Source of the DNA: Coriobacteriia bacterium | Lineage (GTDB): Bacteria > Actinomycetota > Coriobacteriia > Coriobacteriales > UBA8131 | Direction of reading: 5' to 3' | DNA: 64,000 bases | Assembly (NCBI GenBank): GCA_009776725.1 | Contig: WRNE01000004.1 | Location: forward strand, 27,219 to 91,218 | Part shown: one piece after another, positions 50,001 to 58,300 of the stretch | Numbering within the stretch: position 1 is the first letter of the stretch | Layout of the letters: every line of letters starts with the position of its first letter | Program-made: the position numbers and the translations under genes | Notes under the pieces: generated by a model | Seen by the model: only the letters and a program-made list of their open reading frames with translations | The model's database searches: none | Told to the model about the DNA's origin: nothing

Positions 50001-50821
50001 ACGAGGACGATGAGGTAAATTACATCAAAAAGCATGTCATGCAGGACTTCAACGAGTTCATCAATCAGGGCATGCAGCGTGAGAGGGCTTTTGAACAGTC
50101 CCTCTACCGTGTTTTTAGCGATCCACCTGGCACATATGGGGCAGGTGTCGATGTCATGGTATTCAGCAAACAGTGGGAGACTACCGAAGACCTCGGTCAG
50201 GCTTACATTAATTGGGGAGCCCATGCCTACGGGAAAAGCGTCCATGGCTTAAAAGTGGAGGACGTTTTCTCCAAACGGATGGAGACGATCGACGTTACGA
50301 TCAAGAATATCTCTTCCCTAGAGTCTGACATGCTGTCAAGTGACGACTTCTTCAATTACCATGGCGGCCTGATAAGTGCTGTGAAGTCCCAGAAAGGAAG
50401 CTTTCCAGTCTCATATTCAACCAACGCTGGCGACCCTCGGCATGTGATTACCAAGACTATTCACGAAGAAACCTCGCGTTTGATGCGCGCACGGATAAAC
50501 AACCCACGTTGGATCGAAGGCCTCAAAGAGCATGGGTTTAAGGGTGCCCAAGAATTCTCAGCAATGGTTGATATCGTCTTTGGCTGGGACGCAACGAGCA
50601 ATGTGGTCGATGACTGGATGTATGACTCCATCACAAATACCTACTTGTTAGACGAGGACCTCCAAGCCTGGATCAGGGAGAACAACCCCTGGGCCTTGCT
50701 AGCCATGAGCGAGCGGCTTTTAGAGGCTGCACAGCGTGGAATGTGGGATGCCGACGAGGCCATGTTAGACCAAATCAGGGAGATCTACCTTTCTGTCGAA
50801 GGTGATTTGGAGGATAGCTGA
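47084..50821 (+). CDS. cobN: CobN/ChlH-family chelatase large subunit, paralogue 1
   Basis: 1245 aa. HVGTHGTIEWLPGKE, LPHIYPYIIDVPGEGAQAKRR, ILPTGRNFY, RPRIDVTLRISGLFRD, PPGTYGAG. Confidence 0.9.
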   Translation: MFKIVFLISYNGSELFFKEVAEELKNEHPGQVQFDFFNTGDIDYDDSVYANCQTALKDADLVYVYVHGGLPYFKKFNALQKEFMGIIPSFINTGIDDENVEMQKLSALSPVLYSEMYRYHFVGGITNYKSFLCLALRELGKIDCTVDELVMPQWDGLYAVPAEYTEEQYQSIIAAENEKPVIGILVHYHNVLNENTRHIDALIDSIKAHGAIPYAMFTNVAPMGEAYPGLIGAMDKYFYQDGKVIINALIVTSGMSQSVLSSPGDGTSRVETSVFEPLDVPVFQAMSTYYSYQQWYEALAGLDAMTLGSNVFQTEFDGQIITVTVACTEEQETPFGIKRIFAPIQDRIDRVVRLAINWAKLQTIPADQKKIAIVLHNMPPRADMIGCAYGLDTPESVFNMYKILKDEGTVLENDYQDGQEIIRAIIEGLTNDGRFRSPSEMLDRAAAVADEVSYIPWFEALPEKVRNELLRDWGEVPGEFMVVDGKILVPGIINGNLFIGLQPPRGKEEKAEELYHSTDIVCSYQYLAFYRYLEYVFEADVIIHVGTHGTIEWLPGKEIGLSNECYPDIAIGDLPHIYPYIIDVPGEGAQAKRRTDAVIIDHLIPSMTESGTYGELNGVEEQIDQYYTAKLTDSGKLGLIAEEIWKQAQAMDLHTDLGISEEEFFADTEGLIQKMHVWISEIKSSKIKDGLHIFGEVPSDQRYSNMLRLLVTVPNDKTPSLREGLALALDEDLEDMLADPGKILPDGKTNAMHLEAIDDLGRSLFSAFAEQDFAFESIASILAAIPGTNKDALEETLGFVALEIKPRLDATTDELKYFQHAINGRFVIPGPSGSPSRGNATILPTGRNFYMVDPTALPSRSAWETGKLLGDQMLESYRDLEGKLPESIAIVVYAGETIKTTGDDIAEIMYLYGVRPVWIPNTNRVIDIEPIPLEELGRPRIDVTLRISGLFRDTFPNLIERIEDAVNLVAALDEDDEVNYIKKHVMQDFNEFINQGMQRERAFEQSLYRVFSDPPGTYGAGVDVMVFSKQWETTEDLGQAYINWGAHAYGKSVHGLKVEDVFSKRMETIDVTIKNISSLESDMLSSDDFFNYHGGLISAVKSQKGSFPVSYSTNAGDPRHVITKTIHEETSRLMRARINNPRWIEGLKEHGFKGAQEFSAMVDIVFGWDATSNVVDDWMYDSITNTYLLDEDLQAWIRENNPWALLAMSERLLEAAQRGMWDADEAMLDQIREIYLSVEGDLEDS

Positions 50822-53800
50822 TGTATGTTTTTTGCTTTGGTTTAGATACCGAATGTCATTTCTGGCAAGGGCTTTTTGACGAGGCCGGGGTAGAGTTAGT
50901 CTCGGTAAACCTATATGAGCTAGAAAACCGCAACAAAATGGCCGAGGTCTTGAAGATGATCGAAGACCAGGTCATGAAGGCAAAAGATCCAAGCCTCCAA
51001 ACAGGCACAGGCTTAAATCAAGCCCCAGTGCTGGTGTTATACCGACATATGACTATGGATGCCAACGTCGAGGAATACTTCCGGTCTTTGCCCAGCAAGG
51101 CGATGCGGCTGCCCATTGGAGCAGAAGCCATTATGCTAGATCGGGGTAACGCGAATCCTGTCTTCGCTGAACAGTTAAACCAATACCTGCTTTACTCGGG
51201 TGAAGAAAATACCCTAAACGCGGGGAGGTACATCTTAAAAAACCTCATGCATATTGCTGGTATCGACCAAATCGATGCACCCATACCTACACCTTTTGAC
51301 GGGATTTTTAGCTTTGTTACAGACCGGGTCTATACATCACTTGACGAGTACTTTCAGGATGTCGGCAAAAGCTTTCCACACTATGTAGGCATTATTACCC
51401 ACCGACAAGCTTGGCTGCGTGGCTCTATGCCAGCCCTACGTTTACTGGTGGAAAAGCTGGAGTCTTTCGGAGTCGGCGCTGTTTTAGTGTTTACCTATGC
51501 TGGTTTGAACAGCCTAAGCTTTCGCGAGGTCAGCAAGGTCTATTTCTCGATAGGAGACGAGCTGCAGATCGATGCTTTGATAAACCTACAGTTGTTTGCA
51601 ATTCGGGCCGAGGAGGGGAACAGTGTTGCCGAGCAATCGGTAATCGAGTACGAAAGACTAGGCATCCCGGTCTTATCCCCAGTTCAAAGTAATTACATTG
51701 ATTTTGACCAATGGCTAATGTCGATGACTCCGCTCAGTGCCGATTTGCCCAGTGCCTTAATAATCCCTGAAATGGCAGGGAGCATTGAGCCAGTGATCAT
51801 TTCCACAATGAACAGCTCGAATGGACAGTCCGAAGCTATTGTCGAAAGGGTAGGTTTTTTAGCAAAACGCTTGGTCAGTTTGATAGATTTACAAGCAAAA
51901 CAAAACCATGAGAAAAGAATTGCCGTGATCCTGCATAACTCCGTTTGTTCTGGGGTCGAAGCAACGATCGGCAAAGCTTTTGGTTTAGACAGCTTTGAAA
52001 GCATCACCCGGCTTTTCTCCCGCTTAGAAAGTGAAGGCTATCAGTTAGGCGACTATCCTCAAAACGGAAAAGAGCTTTTTGATTTGTTTATGGAGAAGAA
52101 GGCCTTTTCTGATTTTCGTTGGACAGCGGTTGAAGATATCGTGAATAGCGGTGGCTGCCTCTATCAGATGCCAGTTGCTGGCGAGTATGAAGGCTATTTT
52201 AACGAGCTGCCAGTCGAGCTGCAGGAGACGATGGTCAAGACATGGGGCGATGCCCCAGGAGAAGGCATGGTCCTCGGGGACAAGCTGGTCATAACTGGAA
52301 TCAACTTCGGAAATGTTACTGTTATGGTTCAACCCAAAAGGGGGTGTTATGGTGCTAAATGCACTGGTGAGGTATGTAAGATTCTGCATGATCCGGCTTG
52401 TCCTCCTCCACATCAATATTTAGCTACTTACCGATATATAGAGCATGTTTTTAAAGCTGATGCACTGGTCGATATGGGTACTGACGGAAGTGTCGAGTAC
52501 CTGCCTGGCAAGGCAAACGGGCTTTCTGCCTTGTGTTGGCCAAATGTGATCATCGGATCGCTGCCGAGCATTTACGCCTATAACGCTGGGGTGACTAATG
52601 AGGGTCTGATTGCCAAGCGGAGGATGAATTCGGTGATTGTCGACTATTTGCCTCCAGCGAGCAGTGGGGTTGACGAGCAAAGCCGTCTTTTGTTGAGGCG
52701 TATTGAAGAGTATTTCCAAAGTTTGGCTCTCGCCAACGACCAAGACCAAGAAGCCGAACAAGAGATTCGCAAACTAATTGACGAAAACCCGGCAGCGATG
52801 CGAATACTCGGGCAAAACGACGATTTTAACCAGAGTCTGATGGAGATTTCAAATGCTATAAAAAATACCGAAAGCGCAATGAACATTAGCAAACCCCATA
52901 TCTTCGGTGAGATCCCCTCTGCTGAAGAGATGGAGAACTACCTCCGTGAGGTGCATTATGGGGACGGGGACGATGAGGCTTTTGACATGGACTCGTTGGA
53001 CTCGACTTTGATTAAAGCGAACTTGGCGCAGACCGACAATGAGATGCTCATGATGTTACAGGCTTTGCAGGGAGCCTACATTCCACCTGGAGAAAGCGGT
53101 ATGCCAGACAATAATGGGCGCAACATCCTACCGACCGGTAGGAATATGTTCGGCTTGAATATCGACCGAGTACCGACAAAGACTGCGTATCAAAGAGGAA
53201 TAAGCCTTGCCGACCAGCTCATCGAATGTTATATCGCTGACGAGGGAAGGCTGCCCGAGCAGGTCGCAATGAACATGATCTCCCTGGATGTGACAAGGTC
53301 AAATGGGGAGCAGCTCTCCCAGTTCCTCTATCTAATCGGTGTCAGGCCGGTTTGGGACCGTGAAGACAGAGTGATTGGTTTAGAAGTCATCGGGCTAGAC
53401 GAGCTTGCACGGCCTCGTATTGATGTTACCGTGAGGATATCTGGAGTACTAAGGGATACCTGGCCGACTGCAGTAGAGATCATGGACAAGGCAGTAATGA
53501 TGGTCTCCGTACTGGACGAATCTGAAGCAGACAACTACCTTCTAAAACACCTGCATGAGTTCAATGCCTCAATAGAGCCGCAAGAAGACGATGACCGGCA
53601 AGGTAACATCCGTATTTTTGGCGACCCTCCTGGTACATATGGAGCTGGCCTGGACCTAGCCTTATTGGCAAGTGCCTGGAAAGATGAAAGCGACTTGGTG
53701 AAGTACTTTATCAATGCCTCGGCTTATGCTTATGGGATTAACCTAAACGGCAAAAAAAGCTTAAATGAGTTCATCGAAGTAGTAAAGAAGGTGGACCTTT

Positions 53801-54441
53801 CGACAGACACTACTTCGTCTAGACGTACGAATGCTTTGTCAGAGAGCTTTAGCACCCAGGTCCAAGGGGGCTTTCGTTTAATGGCTAAACACTTAAGCGA
53901 CAAGCTGATCAGGCAATATCAAAGCACCTCTGACCTAGGTCGAGAGATTATCACCGAGTCGCTTGGCACCAACTTGAAACGCCATGCAGAGGAAAGCCTT
54001 TTCAATGAGTTTTGGAAAGAAAGCATGATGGATAAAGCATATGACGGAGCGTCAGATATCATGCACTTGATCCAATCGGTCTTTTCTGCCCAGTGTTTGA
54101 CTGACTGTTTTTCTGATGACTTCTTAGACAGGCTAGCCGAAGACTATGTAAACGACGAAGAGATGCGCAACTGGTTTACAGACAACAACCCGTTTGCCCT
54201 TGAAGAGATCGCTCGAAGGATGCTTGAGCTTTATACACGTGAAAAATGGCTCCCCGACGAAGATGTCTTGGACCGCTTGAAGGACAACTACTTGATTATC
54301 GAGGGCGATATGGAAGGCAGGACAGAAAGTGCTGGCGATATTCAAGCAGGCAACGTAGATATCCTAAACGACCAGGATGTCCAATCGTGGAGGGAATTGC
54401 TTCAAGAGGTTGAAAAAGCACTCGATATCAGTAAGAAATAA
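50821..54441 (+). CDS. cobN: CobN/ChlH-family large subunit, divergent paralogue 2
   Basis: 1206 aa, collinear with paralogue 1 (ILPTGRNMF, RPRIDVTVRISGVLRD, PPGTYGAG). The core motif reads DMGTDGSVEYLPGK. The start overlaps the paralogue 1 stop (TGATG). Confidence 0.85.
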   Translation: MYVFCFGLDTECHFWQGLFDEAGVELVSVNLYELENRNKMAEVLKMIEDQVMKAKDPSLQTGTGLNQAPVLVLYRHMTMDANVEEYFRSLPSKAMRLPIGAEAIMLDRGNANPVFAEQLNQYLLYSGEENTLNAGRYILKNLMHIAGIDQIDAPIPTPFDGIFSFVTDRVYTSLDEYFQDVGKSFPHYVGIITHRQAWLRGSMPALRLLVEKLESFGVGAVLVFTYAGLNSLSFREVSKVYFSIGDELQIDALINLQLFAIRAEEGNSVAEQSVIEYERLGIPVLSPVQSNYIDFDQWLMSMTPLSADLPSALIIPEMAGSIEPVIISTMNSSNGQSEAIVERVGFLAKRLVSLIDLQAKQNHEKRIAVILHNSVCSGVEATIGKAFGLDSFESITRLFSRLESEGYQLGDYPQNGKELFDLFMEKKAFSDFRWTAVEDIVNSGGCLYQMPVAGEYEGYFNELPVELQETMVKTWGDAPGEGMVLGDKLVITGINFGNVTVMVQPKRGCYGAKCTGEVCKILHDPACPPPHQYLATYRYIEHVFKADALVDMGTDGSVEYLPGKANGLSALCWPNVIIGSLPSIYAYNAGVTNEGLIAKRRMNSVIVDYLPPASSGVDEQSRLLLRRIEEYFQSLALANDQDQEAEQEIRKLIDENPAAMRILGQNDDFNQSLMEISNAIKNTESAMNISKPHIFGEIPSAEEMENYLREVHYGDGDDEAFDMDSLDSTLIKANLAQTDNEMLMMLQALQGAYIPPGESGMPDNNGRNILPTGRNMFGLNIDRVPTKTAYQRGISLADQLIECYIADEGRLPEQVAMNMISLDVTRSNGEQLSQFLYLIGVRPVWDREDRVIGLEVIGLDELARPRIDVTVRISGVLRDTWPTAVEIMDKAVMMVSVLDESEADNYLLKHLHEFNASIEPQEDDDRQGNIRIFGDPPGTYGAGLDLALLASAWKDESDLVKYFINASAYAYGINLNGKKSLNEFIEVVKKVDLSTDTTSSRRTNALSESFSTQVQGGFRLMAKHLSDKLIRQYQSTSDLGREIITESLGTNLKRHAEESLFNEFWKESMMDKAYDGASDIMHLIQSVFSAQCLTDCFSDDFLDRLAEDYVNDEEMRNWFTDNNPFALEEIARRMLELYTREKWLPDEDVLDRLKDNYLIIEGDMEGRTESAGDIQAGNVDILNDQDVQSWRELLQEVEKALDISKK

Positions 54442-54471
54442 GCTGGCTTCTCAGACAAGGGACGATAAAAA

Positions 54472-55431
54472 GTGAAAAGAATCATGAACATCACAAGCAG
54501 TTACCATGACCTGCCGAGGTATGTCGACAACACTGACTTAAAAGCAGCTTATCAGGCTTTTCAGCTTGACGGCCTCGAGTTGATGGAAGGTGGCGACGAC
54601 GAGCAAAAGATCATTCATCAAGACGATGTCATTGGGGCCCACCTTCGCTACTTTACGCACTGGGTCTGTCTTTGGTTAGGCGACCAACAGGCAGTGCTAA
54701 AGGAGTATGGCGACCAGGAGACATGTCAGGAAGTCTTTGGCGGGACCGACCGCAAAGCGATCATCCATGCGTATAACGAAAACCTTGAGTTTTATAGACA
54801 ATACAGTCCAGAGTATATGGTATTGCATGTTGCTGATATGACCATTCAAGGAACGATTACCCGAGAGTTCCCCTACTCCGACCCTGAGGTCATTGACGCT
54901 ACAACCGAGTTAGTCAACGAGGTTTTTATCGATTGGGAAAACCCCATTCCTCTCTTGTTTGAAAACTTGCCATGGCCTGGCTTGACGCTGCGTGACCCAG
55001 AAATGCTTAGGCGCCTTTTAGCTGGGGTAAACTATCCAAATTGTGGTGTGATGCTTGATATCGGCCACCTCTTGGAGACTGAGCCGTCGATCCGTAGCCA
55101 AGACGAAGGAATCGACTTCATTTATCAGACGCTCAGCCAATACGACGACCTTGATTTTATCAAGGGCGTGCATCTGCATCAAAGCTTGAGCGGAGAATAC
55201 ATTGAGAGTGTTCTGGAGAATCCATTTACCATCGCAGGAGACTACCACCATCGCCGCCTGGCTATTATGGAGCATATTCTAACTGTAGACAGCCACCAGC
55301 CTTTTATATCAGACAGGATTGCAGGATTAGTCGATTATATTAATCCAGACTATTTAGTCTTTGAGTTGATCTCATCAGACAGAAAGCAGCATGAAGACTA
55401 TCTGACCGAACAGTTGAAATGCTTCAAATGA
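54472..55431 (+). CDS. xylose-isomerase-like TIM-barrel (sugar phosphate isomerase/epimerase-type) protein
   Basis: 319 aa. GVMLDIGHL and VHLHQS metal-ligand-like motifs. The assignment is tentative. Confidence 0.45.
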   Translation: MKRIMNITSSYHDLPRYVDNTDLKAAYQAFQLDGLELMEGGDDEQKIIHQDDVIGAHLRYFTHWVCLWLGDQQAVLKEYGDQETCQEVFGGTDRKAIIHAYNENLEFYRQYSPEYMVLHVADMTIQGTITREFPYSDPEVIDATTELVNEVFIDWENPIPLLFENLPWPGLTLRDPEMLRRLLAGVNYPNCGVMLDIGHLLETEPSIRSQDEGIDFIYQTLSQYDDLDFIKGVHLHQSLSGEYIESVLENPFTIAGDYHHRRLAIMEHILTVDSHQPFISDRIAGLVDYINPDYLVFELISSDRKQHEDYLTEQLKCFK

Positions 55432-55434
55432 CTC

Positions 55435-55494
55435 GTTTATCAGTGACTTCCTGTCATTAGCAGTATCTATGATGACTTGAAGTCACTGATAAAC
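55435..55494. terminator. bidirectional terminator hairpin between convergent genes
   Basis: 16-bp perfect arms GTTTATCAGTGACTTC (55435..55450) and GAAGTCACTGATAAAC (55479..55494). Confidence 0.6.
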
Positions 55495-55521
55495 CGCGGT
55501 GGTCCTATCCCTATAAAAAGC

Positions 55522-56547
55522 TTATCCCTCTCCAAAGGCGTCACTGAGGGCCTTATAGACAAGGTCGCTGGTAGCACTTAAGTCCGCCAATACATCGGTA
55601 TTAAAGCTAGCAAAGGCCTTTTCTTCGATCAGCCTTAGCTCGTCTTGGAGCGAGACGATGCGTTTGGCGCCTGCATCGCTTAACGAGATTACCGAGCTTC
55701 GACGGTCTTTGGCGCTGACTTCACGGAGTATTAGGCCGTTTGTTTCTAAACTGGAGAGGATTCCAGTCAGGGTCTGTGGGGGGATGACCAGAGCGCTGGA
55801 GATGTCTGAAGGCCGGGCGCCATTGCTATGGTGGGAGATGAAGTTTAAAACAGAATAATCCTGATAGGCAATATCATTGCGCTTGCACCAGTTCTGGTAG
55901 AGCTGGATCTGCCGCTTGGCTGTTTGGAGGTGGCGGTTGAACAACAGGATCTGGGGAAGGTCGCGAGCCTCGTTACGCGTTGGCTTTCGGGCAGTCAAGG
56001 CGCTTAGGCCCTCGCTGCCGTTGGAGGCCTTCAAGCCGTCTAGGCGGACAATCCTGCAATGGGTAAAGCCCGAAGCGATGTATTTGCCGATGGGAAGGTC
56101 GCCTCTGTCGATAGCTATCAGGTGCCCGTCGGTCTTTAGTACTCGCTTGAACTCGCTTAAAACCGGCCTTTCATCTGGCAAAGACGACATCAACTCGAGG
56201 CATACCACAGCATCAAAGCTTTCATTTTGAAAATCAAGGTTTGCACAGTCCATAATGCGAAACTCGATACGCTGCCCGAACATAGCAGCAGTCTCATAGG
56301 CACACTGAATCATCACAGGCGATATATCGACCCCTACGACTTCATGACCCATTAACGACAGGATAACTGACAGGAACCCTGTTCCTGTGCCAGCGTCTAG
56401 GATGCGTAGAGACTTGCCTGTTGGGAGGGCTTGGCTTAAGGCGTTTTCCCAAATTATCAGCTCGTCACTCCCCAGTGACTCGCTTCTTTGGGCATGTAAG
56501 GCGTCAGCCTGGGAGTCCCAGTATGAAGCAGTTTCATTGTCACCCAT
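55522..56547 (-). CDS. class I SAM-dependent methyltransferase fused to a C-terminal MarR-type wHTH
   Basis: 341 aa. LRILDAGTGTGFLS (motif I), FDAVVC. C-terminal YSVLNFISHHSNGARPSDISSALVIPPQTLTGILSSLETNGLILREVSAKDRRS. Confidence 0.7.
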   Translation of the reverse strand: MGDNETASYWDSQADALHAQRSESLGSDELIIWENALSQALPTGKSLRILDAGTGTGFLSVILSLMGHEVVGVDISPVMIQCAYETAAMFGQRIEFRIMDCANLDFQNESFDAVVCLELMSSLPDERPVLSEFKRVLKTDGHLIAIDRGDLPIGKYIASGFTHCRIVRLDGLKASNGSEGLSALTARKPTRNEARDLPQILLFNRHLQTAKRQIQLYQNWCKRNDIAYQDYSVLNFISHHSNGARPSDISSALVIPPQTLTGILSSLETNGLILREVSAKDRRSSVISLSDAGAKRIVSLQDELRLIEEKAFASFNTDVLADLSATSDLVYKALSDAFGEG

Positions 56548-56691
56548 GTATCATCCTTAATTAATTAATCCGAAATAGAAATAACTGGATAATCACAACA
56601 ATAGCTGTGTTATTATTGCACAGATTAGTTTAGGGCACTGGTTAACAGCGAATATACCTTGACAACTAAAGAGCAGCTCGCAAAGGCGAGC

Positions 56692-56860
56692 AAAAAACAG
56701 GTGCCTGAAGCATGCTTCAGGTGAAAAGAGAAGACGGGTGAGAATCCCGCGCGGTCCCGCCGCTGTGAGGTGGAGTCTGCTTTGTAAGTCAAGCCACTGG
56801 GAAACTGGGAAGGTTAAAAGCAGACGTCGAAGCTGAAGTCAGAAGAACTGCCTGTTTTTG
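56692..56860 (+). promoter_or_regulatory. cobalamin (B12) riboswitch 2
   Basis: P1 AAAAACAGG/CCTGTTTTT; GGGTGAGAATCCC; GCCACTGGG; GGGAAGGT; B12 box AGTCAGAAGAACTGCC. Confidence 0.9.
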
Positions 56861-56922
56861 TACCAGATGAATCTACGAGAGATAGAGGAGGTACGGACCT
56901 ATGGATCGTTATCCATAATGTC

Positions 56923-56956
56923 AGCCTCTTAACGTGTAGTTGAGGGGCTTTTTTAT
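56923..56956 (+). terminator. riboswitch expression-platform intrinsic terminator
   Basis: AGCCTCTTAAC/GTTGAGGGGCT stem (two G-U pairs), GTGTA loop, then TTTTTTATTT. It lies 30 nt before the cbiM RBS. Confidence 0.8.
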
Positions 56957-56985
56957 TTATAAATTACGTAAGGGTAGGAGGAAGT

Positions 56986-57897
56986 ATGAGCTTTAAGCAC
57001 ATCAACCCGATGCGGAAGCTTAACGAGACACCAACTGGTTTGAATAGTTTGTTATATGTTAGACAAGAGCAGGCGCAAGAAAGCAATAAGCATCTTTTTT
57101 GGATGGAGCCTTTTGCACCCGGCTCTGGTTTTGTTAAGACCTATAAGGGTTTTAGCCGTTTTGAAAAGACAGCTTTTAAGCTCTCTGTGCTGTTCGCAGC
57201 TTTTTTTGCTATGCCTCAAGTAGCAACTGGAATGCACATTATGGAGGGCTATTTGCCATTAGCCCACTGTGTAGCCTGGGGGGCAGTTAGCCTGCCCTTT
57301 GTGGTTTTTGGTGTAATACGACTTCGTAAGATAACTAACGACGATCGTCGCCAGTTGATTTTGCTGGCAATGTCTGGAGCGTTTATATTCGTTATCTCTT
57401 CACTAAAAATACCATCGGTCACTGGCAGCTGTAGCCATATGACTGGCACTGGGCTGGCAGCTATCCTGTTTGGCGTCAGCTCGACAAGCGTACTTGGGAT
57501 CATTGTCTTGATTTTTCAAGCCATACTTCTCGCTCATGGCGGTCTGACGACCCTTGGGGCGAACACCTTTAGCATGGCGATTGCCGGGCCGCTTGTGACC
57601 TTTGTCTTATTCCGAGCAGGCAGGACGCTTAAGTTAAACAGGCTGGCCAATGTGTTTATCGCTGTCTCTTTCGGAGACTTGTTGACCTACTGTGTAACGA
57701 GTTTTCAATTAGCCCTAGCTTACCCCAGCGAAGTAGGCGGAGTGATGGCTAGTGCCGTCAAGTTCTTAGGAGTGTTTGCCCCGACTCAAATACCTTTAGC
57801 CTTAGTCGAGGGTTTTTTAACTGTGCTGGTGGTCATTGGTATGGAAAGCTATGCCCAGCGAGAACTAGCGAATACGGCTTATGCGGAGGCAAACTGA
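56986..57897 (+). CDS. cbiM: energy-coupling-factor cobalt transporter substrate component CbiM (with 82-aa N-terminal leader)
   Basis: AGGAGG RBS before ATG 56986. The canonical mature N-terminus MHIMEGYLP begins at 57232, after a signal-like FKLSVLFAAFFAMPQVATG. Confidence 0.88.
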   Translation: MSFKHINPMRKLNETPTGLNSLLYVRQEQAQESNKHLFWMEPFAPGSGFVKTYKGFSRFEKTAFKLSVLFAAFFAMPQVATGMHIMEGYLPLAHCVAWGAVSLPFVVFGVIRLRKITNDDRRQLILLAMSGAFIFVISSLKIPSVTGSCSHMTGTGLAAILFGVSSTSVLGIIVLIFQAILLAHGGLTTLGANTFSMAIAGPLVTFVLFRAGRTLKLNRLANVFIAVSFGDLLTYCVTSFQLALAYPSEVGGVMASAVKFLGVFAPTQIPLALVEGFLTVLVVIGMESYAQRELANTAYAEAN

Positions 57898-57898
57898 C

Positions 57899-58300
57899 AT
57901 GGCTACTGTGAACACAAACCCAAAAAGCAAAAAAGGCTTAGTCATCACGCTTATCGTTATAACTGTCCTTTTGGTCATGTTCCCGCTTTTCTTGCTGCGG
58001 GGGGCTGAGTTTGAAGGCAGTGATGGCGCAGGCAGCGAAATGGTCGAAGAAGTCTCTGAAGGGTATGAGCCATGGTTTACCCCCGTCTTAGAGACCCTGA
58101 TCGGCGGTGAGCTGCCCAGTGAGATGGAGACCCTTTTCTTTTGTATCCAAACAGGAATCGGGGTCGGGATTATCGCATATAGCTTCGGCTATTTAGTGGC
58201 ACGCAAAAGGTTTGGCGAGGACGAGCTGCAAAGCAAAGCCGAGACACAAAGTGAGGCCACAGATAAAAAAGCCGATAGCTCCAAGGCTTTTGAAAGCTGA
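57899..58300 (+). CDS. cbiN: cobalt transport protein CbiN
   Basis: ATG 57899, 1 nt after the cbiM stop. Two TM helices flank the loop GAEFEGSDGAGSEMV...EPWFTP. Confidence 0.8.
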   Translation: MATVNTNPKSKKGLVITLIVITVLLVMFPLFLLRGAEFEGSDGAGSEMVEEVSEGYEPWFTPVLETLIGGELPSEMETLFFCIQTGIGVGIIAYSFGYLVARKRFGEDELQSKAETQSEATDKKADSSKAFES

